64,000 nt of DNA from Pseudomonadota bacterium. GTDB lineage: Bacteria > Pseudomonadota > Gammaproteobacteria > Burkholderiales > Burkholderiaceae_C. A model generated the notes under the pieces. It was not told the origin of the DNA. It ran no database searches and saw only the letters and a program-made list of their open reading frames with translations. The stretch lies in assembly GCA_040387435.1 (NCBI GenBank), contig JAZKDR010000019.1, positions 331 to 64,330 of the forward strand, read 5' to 3'. The position numbers were made by a program, and so were the translations under genes. This document shows positions 10,873-20,620 of the stretch, piece after piece; the first letter of the stretch is position 1; every line of letters starts with the position of its first letter.

Positions 10873-12024
10873 TCAGTTGCCCGGCACCTTGCCTTCGACA
10901 CCCTTGACATAGGTCTTCAGGCCGCCGAGGAACTTGTCATCTGCAACCACGTCCTTGGCGATCAGCTCCTTGCCGGTGTTGTCCATGATGGGGCCTTTCC
11001 AGATCGAGAAGCTGCCGTCCTTCAGGCCGGCCTTGACCTCATCAATCCTCTTTTTGGTGTCATCTGGAACGTCACCGGCAATGGAGACCAGGTCAATCGC
11101 GCCTTCCTTCACGCCCCACCAGACACCGCTGTTGCCAGTCCATTTGCCTTCCAGCGCATCACCCACGGTCTTCACGTAGTACGGGCCCCAGTTGATGATG
11201 GCCGATGCCAGGTGGGCCTTGGGACCATAGGCGGTCATGTCCGAATCCCAGCCGAAAGCGCGTTTGCCCATTTTTTCGGCAGTCTGCAGCACGGCCGAAG
11301 AATCGGTGTTCTGGAACAGCACGTCGGCGCCGCCGTTGATGAGCGCCGTGGCGGCTTCTGTTTCTTTCGGGGGGTTGAACCACTCGTTGACCCAGACCAC
11401 CTTGGTCCTGATCTTGGGGTTGACCGACTGCGCGCCCAGCGTGAAGCTGTTGATGTTGCGCACGACTTCGGGAATCGGCACCGAGCCCACCACACCCACG
11501 GTGCCGGACTTGCTCATCTTGCCCGCCACCACACCGGCCATGTAGGCGCCTTCATATGTGCGGCTGTCGTAGGTGCGCATGTTGTCGGCGGTCTTGTAGC
11601 CGGTGGCGTGTTCGAACTTCACGTCCTTCTTGTCGGCAGCAACCTTGAGCATGGGCTCCATGTAGCCAAAGGTGGTGCCGAAAATCAGCTTGGCACCCTG
11701 GTCGGCCATGTCGCGAATCACGCGTTCCGCGTCTGCCGACTCTGGCACCTTTTCGACGAAGCTGGTGACCACCTTGTCACCAAAGGCTTTTTCAACAGCC
11801 TTCCTGCCGTTGTCATGTGCATAGGTCCAGCCGCCATCGCCGACCGGGCCGACGTAGGCAAAGGCAATCTTGAGCGGCTCGACCTTGGCAGGTGCGGAAG
11901 CCACGGGTGCCGGCGCTGGTGCAGGTGCGGGCTCTTCCTTCTTGCCGCAGCCCATGAGGGCGGCCGAAGCCACGGCAGACAGCGCCGCGAGCTTGAGCAG
12001 GGAACGTTTTTGCAGGTCAGTCAT
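10873..12024 (-). CDS. BMP-family (PnrA/Med-like) ABC transporter substrate-binding lipoprotein, probable purine nucleoside binding
   Basis: 383 aa with lipobox LMGCG, a Pro/Ala linker, then a BMP-family body (KIAFAYVGPVGDGGW..HDNG). Confidence 0.85.
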   Translation of the reverse strand: MTDLQKRSLLKLAALSAVASAALMGCGKKEEPAPAPAPAPVASAPAKVEPLKIAFAYVGPVGDGGWTYAHDNGRKAVEKAFGDKVVTSFVEKVPESADAERVIRDMADQGAKLIFGTTFGYMEPMLKVAADKKDVKFEHATGYKTADNMRTYDSRTYEGAYMAGVVAGKMSKSGTVGVVGSVPIPEVVRNINSFTLGAQSVNPKIRTKVVWVNEWFNPPKETEAATALINGGADVLFQNTDSSAVLQTAEKMGKRAFGWDSDMTAYGPKAHLASAIINWGPYYVKTVGDALEGKWTGNSGVWWGVKEGAIDLVSIAGDVPDDTKKRIDEVKAGLKDGSFSIWKGPIMDNTGKELIAKDVVADDKFLGGLKTYVKGVEGKVPGN

Positions 12025-12113
12025 GTCGTCTCGCTTTCGTTCATGAAATGGAAAAGAGAAATGAAAAAAGTAAATCCGGGTTCGTTACAACAGATCATTA
12101 TGGGCTGAAAACA

Positions 12114-13034
12114 TCAGGCGCCCGGGTAAAACGGCTTGCCTATCGAGGTCGGCATGTTCACACGTATCCACAGCGGGTTGCGCGAGATCAGCACCAGAAC
12201 CACGATGGTCGACAGGTAAGGCAGCATGGTCAAAAACTGGCTGGGCACATTCACGCCCAGACCCTGAAGGTGAAACTGCAGCATGGTCACACCGCCGAAC
12301 AGGTAAGCCCCAAGCAACACCCGTGCCGGACGCCAGGTCGCAAAGGTGGTCAGCGCCAGCGCAATCCAGCCCTTGCCGGCAATCATGCCCTCGACCCAGA
12401 GCGGCGTGTAGACCACGGACACATAGGCCCCGGCCAGGCCGCAAAGCGCCCCACCCGCCACAACGGCCATCAGGCGAATGCCGCGCACGGGGTAGCCCAG
12501 CGCATGCGCCGATTCAGGGCTTTCCCCCACGGAACGCAGCACCAGACCGGCGCGCGTACGGTATAAAAACCAGATCAGCCCCACCGTCAGCGCCATGGCG
12601 ATGTAGACCATGGGATGGTGGCGGAACAGGGCCGGGCCGATGAAGGGAATGTCGCCAAGCAGCGGTATCCGGTACTGCGACTGCTCGGGCAGTTTTTCCT
12701 GCACATATTTGATGCCCGCAAAAGCCGAGAAGCCCGCACCGAACAGGCTGAGCGCCAGCCCGGTCGCGTACTGGTTGGTGTTGAGCCAGATCACCAGCAC
12801 ACCAAACAGGGCAGCGAGCGCCGCGCCAGCCAACATGCCGGCTGCAAAACCCAGCCACGTGTTGCCGGTGTGCACCACGGTGGCAAAACCGGCAATGGCG
12901 GCGCACAGCATCATGCCCTCGGCGCCGAGGTTGACGATGCCTGCTTTCTCGTTGATGAGCAGCCCCAGCGCGGCAATCGCCAGGATGGTGCCGGCGCTGA
13001 GCGTGGCCGCGATGAGCAATGCGGTCGATTCCAT
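12114..13034 (-). CDS. ABC transporter permease (nucleoside/simple-sugar type)
   Basis: Hydrophobic polytopic protein. Start trimmed to MESTALLIAATL at 13034, which forms an ATGA overlap with the upstream permease stop. Confidence 0.85.
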   Translation of the reverse strand: MESTALLIAATLSAGTILAIAALGLLINEKAGIVNLGAEGMMLCAAIAGFATVVHTGNTWLGFAAGMLAGAALAALFGVLVIWLNTNQYATGLALSLFGAGFSAFAGIKYVQEKLPEQSQYRIPLLGDIPFIGPALFRHHPMVYIAMALTVGLIWFLYRTRAGLVLRSVGESPESAHALGYPVRGIRLMAVVAGGALCGLAGAYVSVVYTPLWVEGMIAGKGWIALALTTFATWRPARVLLGAYLFGGVTMLQFHLQGLGVNVPSQFLTMLPYLSTIVVLVLISRNPLWIRVNMPTSIGKPFYPGA

Positions 13035-14149
13035 CAGTCGGCTCCTTTCAGCACTTCTGTGGACGGCGGGTTGGCCACCGGCATGGTGATGGGTTTGGCC
13101 AGCCGCAGGCGGTAGGCGATCAGCGTGTCGCAAGCAAGCAGGCTGAACAGCAGCAGGCCCTGGAAGACGCCAGTGATGGACTTGGGCAGGCCCAGGCGCG
13201 ACTGCGCCAGTTCACCACCGATGTAAAACATGCTCATCAGGATGGCGGAGAACACCACACCCACCGGATGCAGGCGACCGACAAAGGCCACGATGATGGC
13301 GGCAAAACCGTAACCTGCCGGCACATAAGGCGTGAGCTGGCCAATCGGCCCGGCGACTTCAAGGGCACCGGCCAGCCCCGCCGCACCGCCCGAAGTCAGC
13401 AGCGCCAGCCAGAGCGCCCGGCGCGACGAGAAGCCCGCATAGCGCGCAGCAGCAGGCGCGAGGCCGCTGACCTCATGCCTGAAGCCTGCAAAGGTGCGAA
13501 ACAGAAAAAGCCACAAGCCGGCCACGCCGATCAGCGCCAGGATGATGCCGATGTTGACGCGCGAGCCTGCCATCAGGCGCGGTATCTGCGTCACCGCTTC
13601 GAAAGTCTTGGTTTGCGGAAAGTTGTAGCCGTTGGGGTCTTTCCATGGGCCGAAGACCAGATAGTTAAGCACCATGTCGGCCACATAGACCAGCATCAGG
13701 CTGACCAGGATTTCATTGGCATTGAAGCGGTCGCGCAGCAAGGCTGTGATACCGGCCCAGACCATGCCGCCCGCAATGCCGGCCAGCAGGATGGCCGGAA
13801 TAATCCACGGGCCGGTTGTTTTTTCAGCCAGCAGCGCAACGCCACCCGCAGCCACTGCACCGATCACGAACTGGCCTTCTGCCCCGATGTTCCAGACGTT
13901 GGAGCGAAAACACACCGAAAGCCCCAGCGCAATGATGAGCAGCGGCGTGGCCTTGACCAGCAGTTCACTGATGGCGCGCACCGAGCGTATCGGCTCCCAG
14001 AAAAACACCTGCAGGCCGCGCACCGGGTCCTTGCCCAGGGCGATGAAAAGAATCACACCGATGACCACGGTGATCAGCAAAGCCAGCAGCGGCGAGGCGT
14101 AACTCCAGAACGACGAGGGCTGTGGACGGACTTCGAGCTTCATGTTCAT
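13034..14149 (-). CDS. ABC transporter permease (nucleoside/simple-sugar type)
   Basis: Polytopic protein. Start trimmed to MNMKLEVRPQP at 14149, which forms an ATGA overlap with the ATPase stop at 14146-14148. Confidence 0.85.
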   Translation of the reverse strand: MNMKLEVRPQPSSFWSYASPLLALLITVVIGVILFIALGKDPVRGLQVFFWEPIRSVRAISELLVKATPLLIIALGLSVCFRSNVWNIGAEGQFVIGAVAAGGVALLAEKTTGPWIIPAILLAGIAGGMVWAGITALLRDRFNANEILVSLMLVYVADMVLNYLVFGPWKDPNGYNFPQTKTFEAVTQIPRLMAGSRVNIGIILALIGVAGLWLFLFRTFAGFRHEVSGLAPAAARYAGFSSRRALWLALLTSGGAAGLAGALEVAGPIGQLTPYVPAGYGFAAIIVAFVGRLHPVGVVFSAILMSMFYIGGELAQSRLGLPKSITGVFQGLLLFSLLACDTLIAYRLRLAKPITMPVANPPSTEVLKGAD

Positions 14150-15699
14150 GCTGCGGCCCCTTGCGGTGCCTGGTTCCACAAGCCGCTCATCCACTGGCCC
14201 ACGAGCTCCGTCGTCGCGTCAGCGCGAGGCAACGACGGCGACAGCTGCCCTTTGGCCATCACATAAAGGCGATCAGAAATCTCGAACAACTCTTCCAGCT
14301 CTTCACTCACCACCAGCACAGCGCAGCCAGCATCACGCAACTTGAGCAGCTCACCGCGAATTTGCGATGCCGCACCCACGTCCACACCCCAGGTCGGCTG
14401 CGACACGATGAGGAGCAGAGGCTTCGCATCAATCTCGCGGCCCATGATGAATTTCTGCAGGTTGCCGCCCGACAGCGACTTGGCCACGGCCTGCGGCCCA
14501 CCCGCCTTGACCTTGAAAGCCGAAATGATGCGCGTGGCCTGCGCCTGCAACACGTTACGGTGCAGCCAGCCGCTTTTGCCGATGGCCTCCTTGCGGGTCA
14601 ACATGAGGTTGCGCGCTAGTGACAGCGAGGGCACGGCGCCGCGGCCCAGGCGTTCTTCTGGCACGAAATGCAGGCCCAGCTCGCGCCGCCTGCGCGGGCT
14701 CAGTTTGCCCGCCGGTTTGCCCCTGACGACAATGGCATCAGCCGCCGCACGCGTGTCTTCACCTGACAGCGCGTAGAGCAGCTCTTTCTGGCCGTTGCCC
14801 GATACACCGGCGATGCCCACGACTTCACCGGCGCGCACATTCAGCGCCACCTGCTGCAGGCTCACGCCGAACTGGCCATCACCTGGCAGGTCCATCTGCC
14901 GCACATCCAGCACGATGTCACCCACCTTCGCCGCACGGTGCTCCAGCGCCGGCGGCTCGGCGCCAATCATCAGCCGGCTCAGGGAAGCGTTGGACTCCTG
15001 CCGCGGGTCACACACGCCTGTCACGCGGCCGCCGCGCAACACCGTGCAGGCCGTGCACAGCGCACGTATTTCATGCAGCTTGTGGCTGATGTAGAGAATG
15101 CTGCAACCCTGCGCGGCCAGCTTGCGCAGGGTGACAAACAGGTTTTCAACCGCCTGCGGCGTCAGCACCGAGGTCGGCTCATCCAGAATCAGCAGGCGCG
15201 GGTTGGTGAGCAGCGCGCGCACGATCTCGACCCGCTGGCGCTCACCCACGCCCAGTGTGTGAACCGGCCGCACCGGGTCCAGCTGCAGGCCATAGGCTTC
15301 GGTGGTTTCGCGTATGCGCTTTGACACGTCTGCCAGGCTCAGTTTTTTGTCCAGCCCCAGCCAGACGTTTTCGGCCACCGTCAGCGTGTCGAACAGGCTG
15401 AAATGCTGGAACACCATGCTGATGCCCAGCGCGCGCGCTTCGTGCGGATTGCGCACCTGCACCGCCTTGCCATCGACCATCATGCTGCCAGCATCAGGCT
15501 TGACAGCGCCGTAGATGATTTTCATCAGCGTGGACTTGCCGGCGCCGTTCTCGCCCAGCACGGCATGAATCTCACCCGGCAACACCGTGAGCGAAATGTC
15601 GCTGTTGGCCACCACACCGGGATAGGCCTTGGTGATGCCCGCCAGTTGCAGGCGGGTCGCATCGTTTGTCGACAGGGAAACTGGAGGCGCCATCGTCAC
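14146..15699 (-). CDS. ABC transporter ATP-binding protein with duplicated ATPase domains
   Basis: 517 aa with two Walker A sites (GENGAGKST, GVSGNGQKE), two LSGG signature motifs and two Walker B sites. Confidence 0.92.
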   Translation of the reverse strand: MTMAPPVSLSTNDATRLQLAGITKAYPGVVANSDISLTVLPGEIHAVLGENGAGKSTLMKIIYGAVKPDAGSMMVDGKAVQVRNPHEARALGISMVFQHFSLFDTLTVAENVWLGLDKKLSLADVSKRIRETTEAYGLQLDPVRPVHTLGVGERQRVEIVRALLTNPRLLILDEPTSVLTPQAVENLFVTLRKLAAQGCSILYISHKLHEIRALCTACTVLRGGRVTGVCDPRQESNASLSRLMIGAEPPALEHRAAKVGDIVLDVRQMDLPGDGQFGVSLQQVALNVRAGEVVGIAGVSGNGQKELLYALSGEDTRAAADAIVVRGKPAGKLSPRRRRELGLHFVPEERLGRGAVPSLSLARNLMLTRKEAIGKSGWLHRNVLQAQATRIISAFKVKAGGPQAVAKSLSGGNLQKFIMGREIDAKPLLLIVSQPTWGVDVGAASQIRGELLKLRDAGCAVLVVSEELEELFEISDRLYVMAKGQLSPSLPRADATTELVGQWMSGLWNQAPQGAAA

Positions 15700-16649
15700 T
15701 GTTTTCGCAAGGCCGTGGCGACCGCCTTCACCCGGTCACGCAGCCACTTGGCCGATGCCGACGAATGGGTGCGTTCATGCCACAACTGGTAATACATCAT
15801 GCGTGGAAATTCTATGGGGCTGGGCAATATCTTCACCGGCAGCAGGTCCGCAAAACGCTCGCAATACTGGCGGCCCGTGGTCATGACCAGCAGGCTGGAG
15901 GCCACCATGGACGGCATCAGGCCAAAGTGCGGGCAGCGCACGGTGATGTTGCGCGACAGGCCCAGTTGGGCCAGATGCTCGTCGATGATGCCCTTGGCAC
16001 CCGGGTGTGTAGCAGTCGGCGCGATGTGCTCGGCCTCCAGCCAGCTCGCGGGGTTGGCGGCGTCCCACTTGCGGCGCACCGCAGGGTGATTTTTGGCGAC
16101 CAGGCACACCACCTCATCGCCAAACAGCCGGCCCATGTGCAGGTCGTCGGGCGGTGACGACCAGTTGCCGATCACGATGTCGACATCACCCTGCGCCAGG
16201 TGGTTGCGGTAGTCTGCATCCGGCGACAGCGGCTGTATCTCTATATGGCAGCGCGGCGCCTGGGTCTTGATCTGCGCCACCAGCTGCGGCAAAAAAAGCG
16301 GGTCGAGGTAGTCGCTGGCAGCAATGCGGAAAGTGGAATCTGCCGTGGCGGGGTCGAACCCTTTGGCGTCGCTGAACAGCATGCCCGCGGCGCGCAGGAT
16401 GCTGGCCGAAGGCTCGATCATGCGCAGGCCGGCATCGGTGGGCACCATGCCCGCGCCGGAGCGGACGAGGATGGGGTCACCCGCCAGCTCGCGCAGGCGC
16501 TTGAGCGAGGCGCTGACGGCAGGCTGGTACATGCCCAGGCGGATGGCGGCGCGCGAGACGCTGCGTTCTGTAAGCACAGTATTCAGGACCCTGATGAGGT
16601 GAAGATCGATCTTGCCCCACATCATCTGGTTTTTGTCCTGCCCCGTCAT
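15696..16649 (-). CDS. LysR-family transcriptional regulator
   Basis: 317 aa with an N-terminal HTH (LIRVLNTVLTERSVSRAAIRLGMYQPAVSASLKRLRE). Its stop overlaps the ATPase start codon (ATGA). Confidence 0.88.
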   Translation of the reverse strand: MTGQDKNQMMWGKIDLHLIRVLNTVLTERSVSRAAIRLGMYQPAVSASLKRLRELAGDPILVRSGAGMVPTDAGLRMIEPSASILRAAGMLFSDAKGFDPATADSTFRIAASDYLDPLFLPQLVAQIKTQAPRCHIEIQPLSPDADYRNHLAQGDVDIVIGNWSSPPDDLHMGRLFGDEVVCLVAKNHPAVRRKWDAANPASWLEAEHIAPTATHPGAKGIIDEHLAQLGLSRNITVRCPHFGLMPSMVASSLLVMTTGRQYCERFADLLPVKILPSPIEFPRMMYYQLWHERTHSSASAKWLRDRVKAVATALRKQ

Positions 16650-16721
16650 ACCCGGTCGCCCATGCGCCTGATATGGGCTTTTATATGATGGTGTGTATGC
16701 GGCTGCGCTACCCTGACGCGC

Positions 16722-18221
16722 ATGACGTCATCAGCCGCAACGCAAGAACCCATGGCAACCATTCGCAAAACCATCAAATTTGTCCGGCGTGGTGAAGTTG
16801 TTTCCCTGAGCAATGTACCACCCGAGCGCACCCTGCTGGAGGTGCTGCGCGAGGACCTGGCCTGCACCGGCACCAAGGAAGGCTGCGGCGAAGGCGACTG
16901 CGGTGCCTGCACCGTGGTGCTGGGCGAGGCCGAGGGTGGCAACGTGCGTTACCGCGCCATCAACAGCTGCATCCGGCTGGCGCATTCCGTCGATGGCATG
17001 GCGCTGTGGACGGTCGAGGATATTGCTTCTGCCGACGGCGCCCTGCATCCCGCGCAGGAGGCCATGGTGCAGGCACACGGAAGCCAGTGCGGTTTCTGCA
17101 CCCCAGGCTTCGTCATGAGCCTGTTCGGCATGTACCAGAATCACGTCTGCAAAGGCAAGGCGGTGAGCCGCGAACTGGCGCAGGAAGAACTCTCCGGCAA
17201 CCTTTGCCGCTGCACAGGCTACCGGCCCATCTTGGACGCTGCGCAGGCCATGGCCGCCCTGCCTGCAGTGAAAATCGATGAACCCGCCCTGCTGCAGGCC
17301 CTCAAAGAAATAGCCCCGGCGCCCGAAGCCACCTCGAGCTATCTCTCTCCCCGCACGCTGGCGGCCCTGCTCAAAGCCCGCGCGACTCACCCCGATGCCC
17401 AGATCGTGGCCGGCTGCACCGATGTCGGTCTCTGGGTGACCAAAATGCACATGCAGTTCGGCCGCGTGCTGGACGTGACGCAGGTCGCCGAGCTACGCCG
17501 CGTCGAGCACTACCCCCACCACATCGCCATAGGCGCTGCCGTCAGCCTGACCGATGCGTTTGCTGCGCTGGTCGATGGCAGGCCGCAGCTCAAGACCTTC
17601 GCCAACCGTTTCGCCGGCCTCCCGGTGCGCAACTCCGGCACGCTGGGCGGCAATGTCGCCAATGGCTCGCCCATCGGCGACTCGATGCCGCTGTTGATTG
17701 CGATGGGCGCACAGGTAGTGCTCATCAGTGCCCGTGGTCACCGCACCCTGCCGCTTGAAAAGCTCTACACCGGCTACCGCAAGAACGTGATGGCGGCCGA
17801 CGAGGTGCTGGCGTGGATCCTGGTGCCCAGGGCATTGCCCAAAGAAAACCTCAAGGCCTACAAAATATCCAAACGCTACGACGACGATATTTCTGCTGTG
17901 TGCCTGGTCATCAACCTCCAGATTGAAAACGGCCACGTCGCCAGCGCGTCCATAGGCGCGGGCGGCGTCGCCGCCACACCGGTCCGCGCCACCAGAACCG
18001 AAATCGCCCTGTCCGGAAAACCCTGGACGCAGGCCACCGTGCAGCAGGCCATGGCGGTGCTGCGTGAAGAGTTCTCGCCGATCTCGGACATGCGAGCATC
18101 GGGCGCCCACCGGGTCCAGGTGCTGGGCAATTTGCTGCAGCGTTACTGGCTGGAAAGCCAGGGCATGCAGCAGATCAACCTGGAGTCGTTCCGGCTTGAC
18201 GGCGAGACGGAGGCCGCATGA
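16722..18221 (+). CDS. xdhA: Xanthine dehydrogenase small subunit (2Fe-2S + FAD-binding)
   Basis: 499 aa with CGEGDCGACTV and CGFCTPG iron-sulfur motifs followed by an FAD-binding domain. It is translationally coupled to xdhB. Confidence 0.93.
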   Translation: MTSSAATQEPMATIRKTIKFVRRGEVVSLSNVPPERTLLEVLREDLACTGTKEGCGEGDCGACTVVLGEAEGGNVRYRAINSCIRLAHSVDGMALWTVEDIASADGALHPAQEAMVQAHGSQCGFCTPGFVMSLFGMYQNHVCKGKAVSRELAQEELSGNLCRCTGYRPILDAAQAMAALPAVKIDEPALLQALKEIAPAPEATSSYLSPRTLAALLKARATHPDAQIVAGCTDVGLWVTKMHMQFGRVLDVTQVAELRRVEHYPHHIAIGAAVSLTDAFAALVDGRPQLKTFANRFAGLPVRNSGTLGGNVANGSPIGDSMPLLIAMGAQVVLISARGHRTLPLEKLYTGYRKNVMAADEVLAWILVPRALPKENLKAYKISKRYDDDISAVCLVINLQIENGHVASASIGAGGVAATPVRATRTEIALSGKPWTQATVQQAMAVLREEFSPISDMRASGAHRVQVLGNLLQRYWLESQGMQQINLESFRLDGETEAA

Positions 18222-20617
18222 ACAAGGATGCAGACACCCTCACCAGCCGCGACGCAGGCGCTGACCCGCAAATGAACGCGGCCAACCGCCAGGCGGCGAC
18301 CCCACCCGCGCACGTCGCGGTGTCCCACAGATCGCACCACCAGGCCGCCGGCCAATCGCGTTTTCATGAAAGCGCACGCGCGCAGGTCGCGGGCGCTGCC
18401 ACCTATGTCGATGACATTCCTGAAATAAAGGGAACGCTGTTCGCCGCGCCCATTCTGTCGACTGTGGCGCATGGCAGGCTGCTGGGCGTGGACGGCACAG
18501 CCGCGCTGGCCATGCCGGGTGTACGCGGCATGGTGCTGGCGTCCGACATTCCCGGCGACAGCACGCTTGCCAGCTTCGCCCAGGACGAACCCGTTTTCGC
18601 CAAAGACACCGTGCAGCATGTCGGCCAGGTCATCGGCCTGGTGGTGGCAGACACCGTCATGCAGGCGCGGCGCGCGGCGCGCAAGGTGGTGTGCGACATC
18701 GAGGCGCTGCCGGCCATCCTCAACGTGCACGATGCGATGGCGGCTGAAAGTTATGTGCTGCCGCCGGTGTTTGTCCGGCGCGGGGATGCCGCACAGGCGC
18801 TGGAAAACGCCGAACACACACTGACCGGCACGCTGGAAGTCGGCGGGCAGGAGCATTTCTACCTCGAAGGCCAGGTCGCCTACGCGGTGCCGCTGGAGCA
18901 GCACCAATGGCTGGTTTATTCCAGCACCCAGCACCCGGGCGAGGTGCAGCACTGGGTCTCGCACGCGCTGGGCCTCGACAACCATGCCGTGCGCGTCGAA
19001 TGCAGGCGCATGGGCGGCGGATTCGGCGGCAAGGAGACGCAGGCGGGCCACCTCGCCGTGTGGGCGGCCATCGCCGCCCACAAGCTGAAGTGCCCCGTCA
19101 AGCTGCGCATGGACCGCGACGACGACTTCATGGTCACCGGCAAGCGCCACCCCTTTGCCTACGACTACACCGTGGGTTTTGACCGCGAGGGCCGCCTGAG
19201 CGGGCTCAAACTCACCATGCTGGCCAACTGCGGCTTCAGCGCCGACCTCTCCGGCCCGGTGGCCGACCGCGCCGTCTTCCATGCCGACAACGCCTACTTT
19301 CTCGAAGACGTGGAGATCGCCTCCTACCGCCTGAAAACCAACACACAAAGCCATACGGCGTTTCGTGGTTTCGGCGGGCCACAGGGCGTGATCGTGATCG
19401 AGGCCATCATGGGCGACATCGCGCGTACCCTGGGGCTCGACCCGCTCGACGTGCGCGGGCACAACCTGTACGGCGTGACCGAGCGCAACGTCACCCACTA
19501 CCAGATGAAGGTGGAGGACAACATCCTCGCGCCGTTGCTCGCCACGCTGGAGCACAGCTCGAACTACCGCGAGCGCCGCAGCGCGATCGCGCAGTGGAAC
19601 GTCAGCAGCCCTGTCATCAAGCGCGGCATCGCCATCACGCCGGTGAAGTTTGGCATCTCATTCACGGCCACCCTTTTCAACCAGGCCGGTGCGCTGGTGC
19701 ATGTCTACACCGACGGCAGCGTGCAGGTGAACCACGGCGGCACCGAGATGGGCCAGGGCCTGAACACCAAGGTCTGCCAGATCGTGGCCGACGAGCTGGG
19801 CGTGCCTTTTGAAGCGGTGCTGGCGACGGCCAGCGACACCAGCAAGATTCCCAACGCCTCTGCCACCGCCGCATCGGCAGGCACCGACCTCAACGCCCGG
19901 GCCGCGCAATACGCCGCACGCAATGTGCGCGATAACCTGGCCGCTTTCGTGGCAGGGCTGGACCGCTGCGGCGCAGGTGCCGTGCAGTTCAACTGCGGCG
20001 AGGTCATCACACCGACGGGCCGCCGACCCTTTAACGAGGTCGTGAAGCTGGCGTATGCCAACCGCATCCAGCTCTGGAGCGACGGCTTTTACCGGACGCC
20101 CAAAATCCACTACGACAAGACCACCCTCACCGGCCGGCCGTTTTATTACTTTGCCTACGGCGCAGCGTGCACCGAGGTGGCCATCGACACACTGACCGGC
20201 GAGAGCCGTGTGCTCAAGGTCGACATCCTGCATGACGTGGGCACCTCCATCAACCCGGCCATCGATGTCGGTCAGATCGAAGGCGGTTTTGTGCAGGGCA
20301 TGGGCTGGCTCACGACCGAGCAGCTGGTCTGGAACGACAAGGGCTATCTCTCGACCCACGCGCCCAGCACCTACAAGATCCCGGCGACCGGCGACATCCC
20401 CGAACACTTCAAGGTCGACCTGTGGCCGGAGCCCAACCGCGAAGACAACGTGTTCGGCAGCAAGGCCGTCGGCGAGCCGCCCTTCATGCTGGCCATCAGC
20501 GTGTACGAGGCGCTGCGCGATGCGGTGAGCTATGCCACAACGGCAGGCGCGACGCAACCTGTCAGGCTGGCTGCACCCGCCACTGCCGAGAACGTGCTCA
20601 GGGCATTGAGCAGTTGA
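18218..20617 (+). CDS. xdhB: Xanthine dehydrogenase molybdopterin-binding subunit
   Basis: 799 aa with RRMGGGFGGKE, FRGFGGPQG and GEPP motifs typical of XdhB. Confidence 0.93.
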   Translation: MNKDADTLTSRDAGADPQMNAANRQAATPPAHVAVSHRSHHQAAGQSRFHESARAQVAGAATYVDDIPEIKGTLFAAPILSTVAHGRLLGVDGTAALAMPGVRGMVLASDIPGDSTLASFAQDEPVFAKDTVQHVGQVIGLVVADTVMQARRAARKVVCDIEALPAILNVHDAMAAESYVLPPVFVRRGDAAQALENAEHTLTGTLEVGGQEHFYLEGQVAYAVPLEQHQWLVYSSTQHPGEVQHWVSHALGLDNHAVRVECRRMGGGFGGKETQAGHLAVWAAIAAHKLKCPVKLRMDRDDDFMVTGKRHPFAYDYTVGFDREGRLSGLKLTMLANCGFSADLSGPVADRAVFHADNAYFLEDVEIASYRLKTNTQSHTAFRGFGGPQGVIVIEAIMGDIARTLGLDPLDVRGHNLYGVTERNVTHYQMKVEDNILAPLLATLEHSSNYRERRSAIAQWNVSSPVIKRGIAITPVKFGISFTATLFNQAGALVHVYTDGSVQVNHGGTEMGQGLNTKVCQIVADELGVPFEAVLATASDTSKIPNASATAASAGTDLNARAAQYAARNVRDNLAAFVAGLDRCGAGAVQFNCGEVITPTGRRPFNEVVKLAYANRIQLWSDGFYRTPKIHYDKTTLTGRPFYYFAYGAACTEVAIDTLTGESRVLKVDILHDVGTSINPAIDVGQIEGGFVQGMGWLTTEQLVWNDKGYLSTHAPSTYKIPATGDIPEHFKVDLWPEPNREDNVFGSKAVGEPPFMLAISVYEALRDAVSYATTAGATQPVRLAAPATAENVLRALSS

Positions 20618-20620
20618 AGT

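Noticed and set aside
13019-14266. Long antisense or overlapping ORFs in the track. Examples: 13019-14266 (+), 18143-19555 (-), 34141-35076 (+), 37952-39304 (+), 51308-52468 (-), 53198-54040 (-), 46409-47149 (-), 11212-12108 (+).
   Set aside because: Each lies opposite or out of frame to a gene with clear family motifs. Their translations are Arg/Ala/Gly/His-rich low-complexity strings, typical of stop-codon-poor frames in high-GC DNA. None has recognisable domains.
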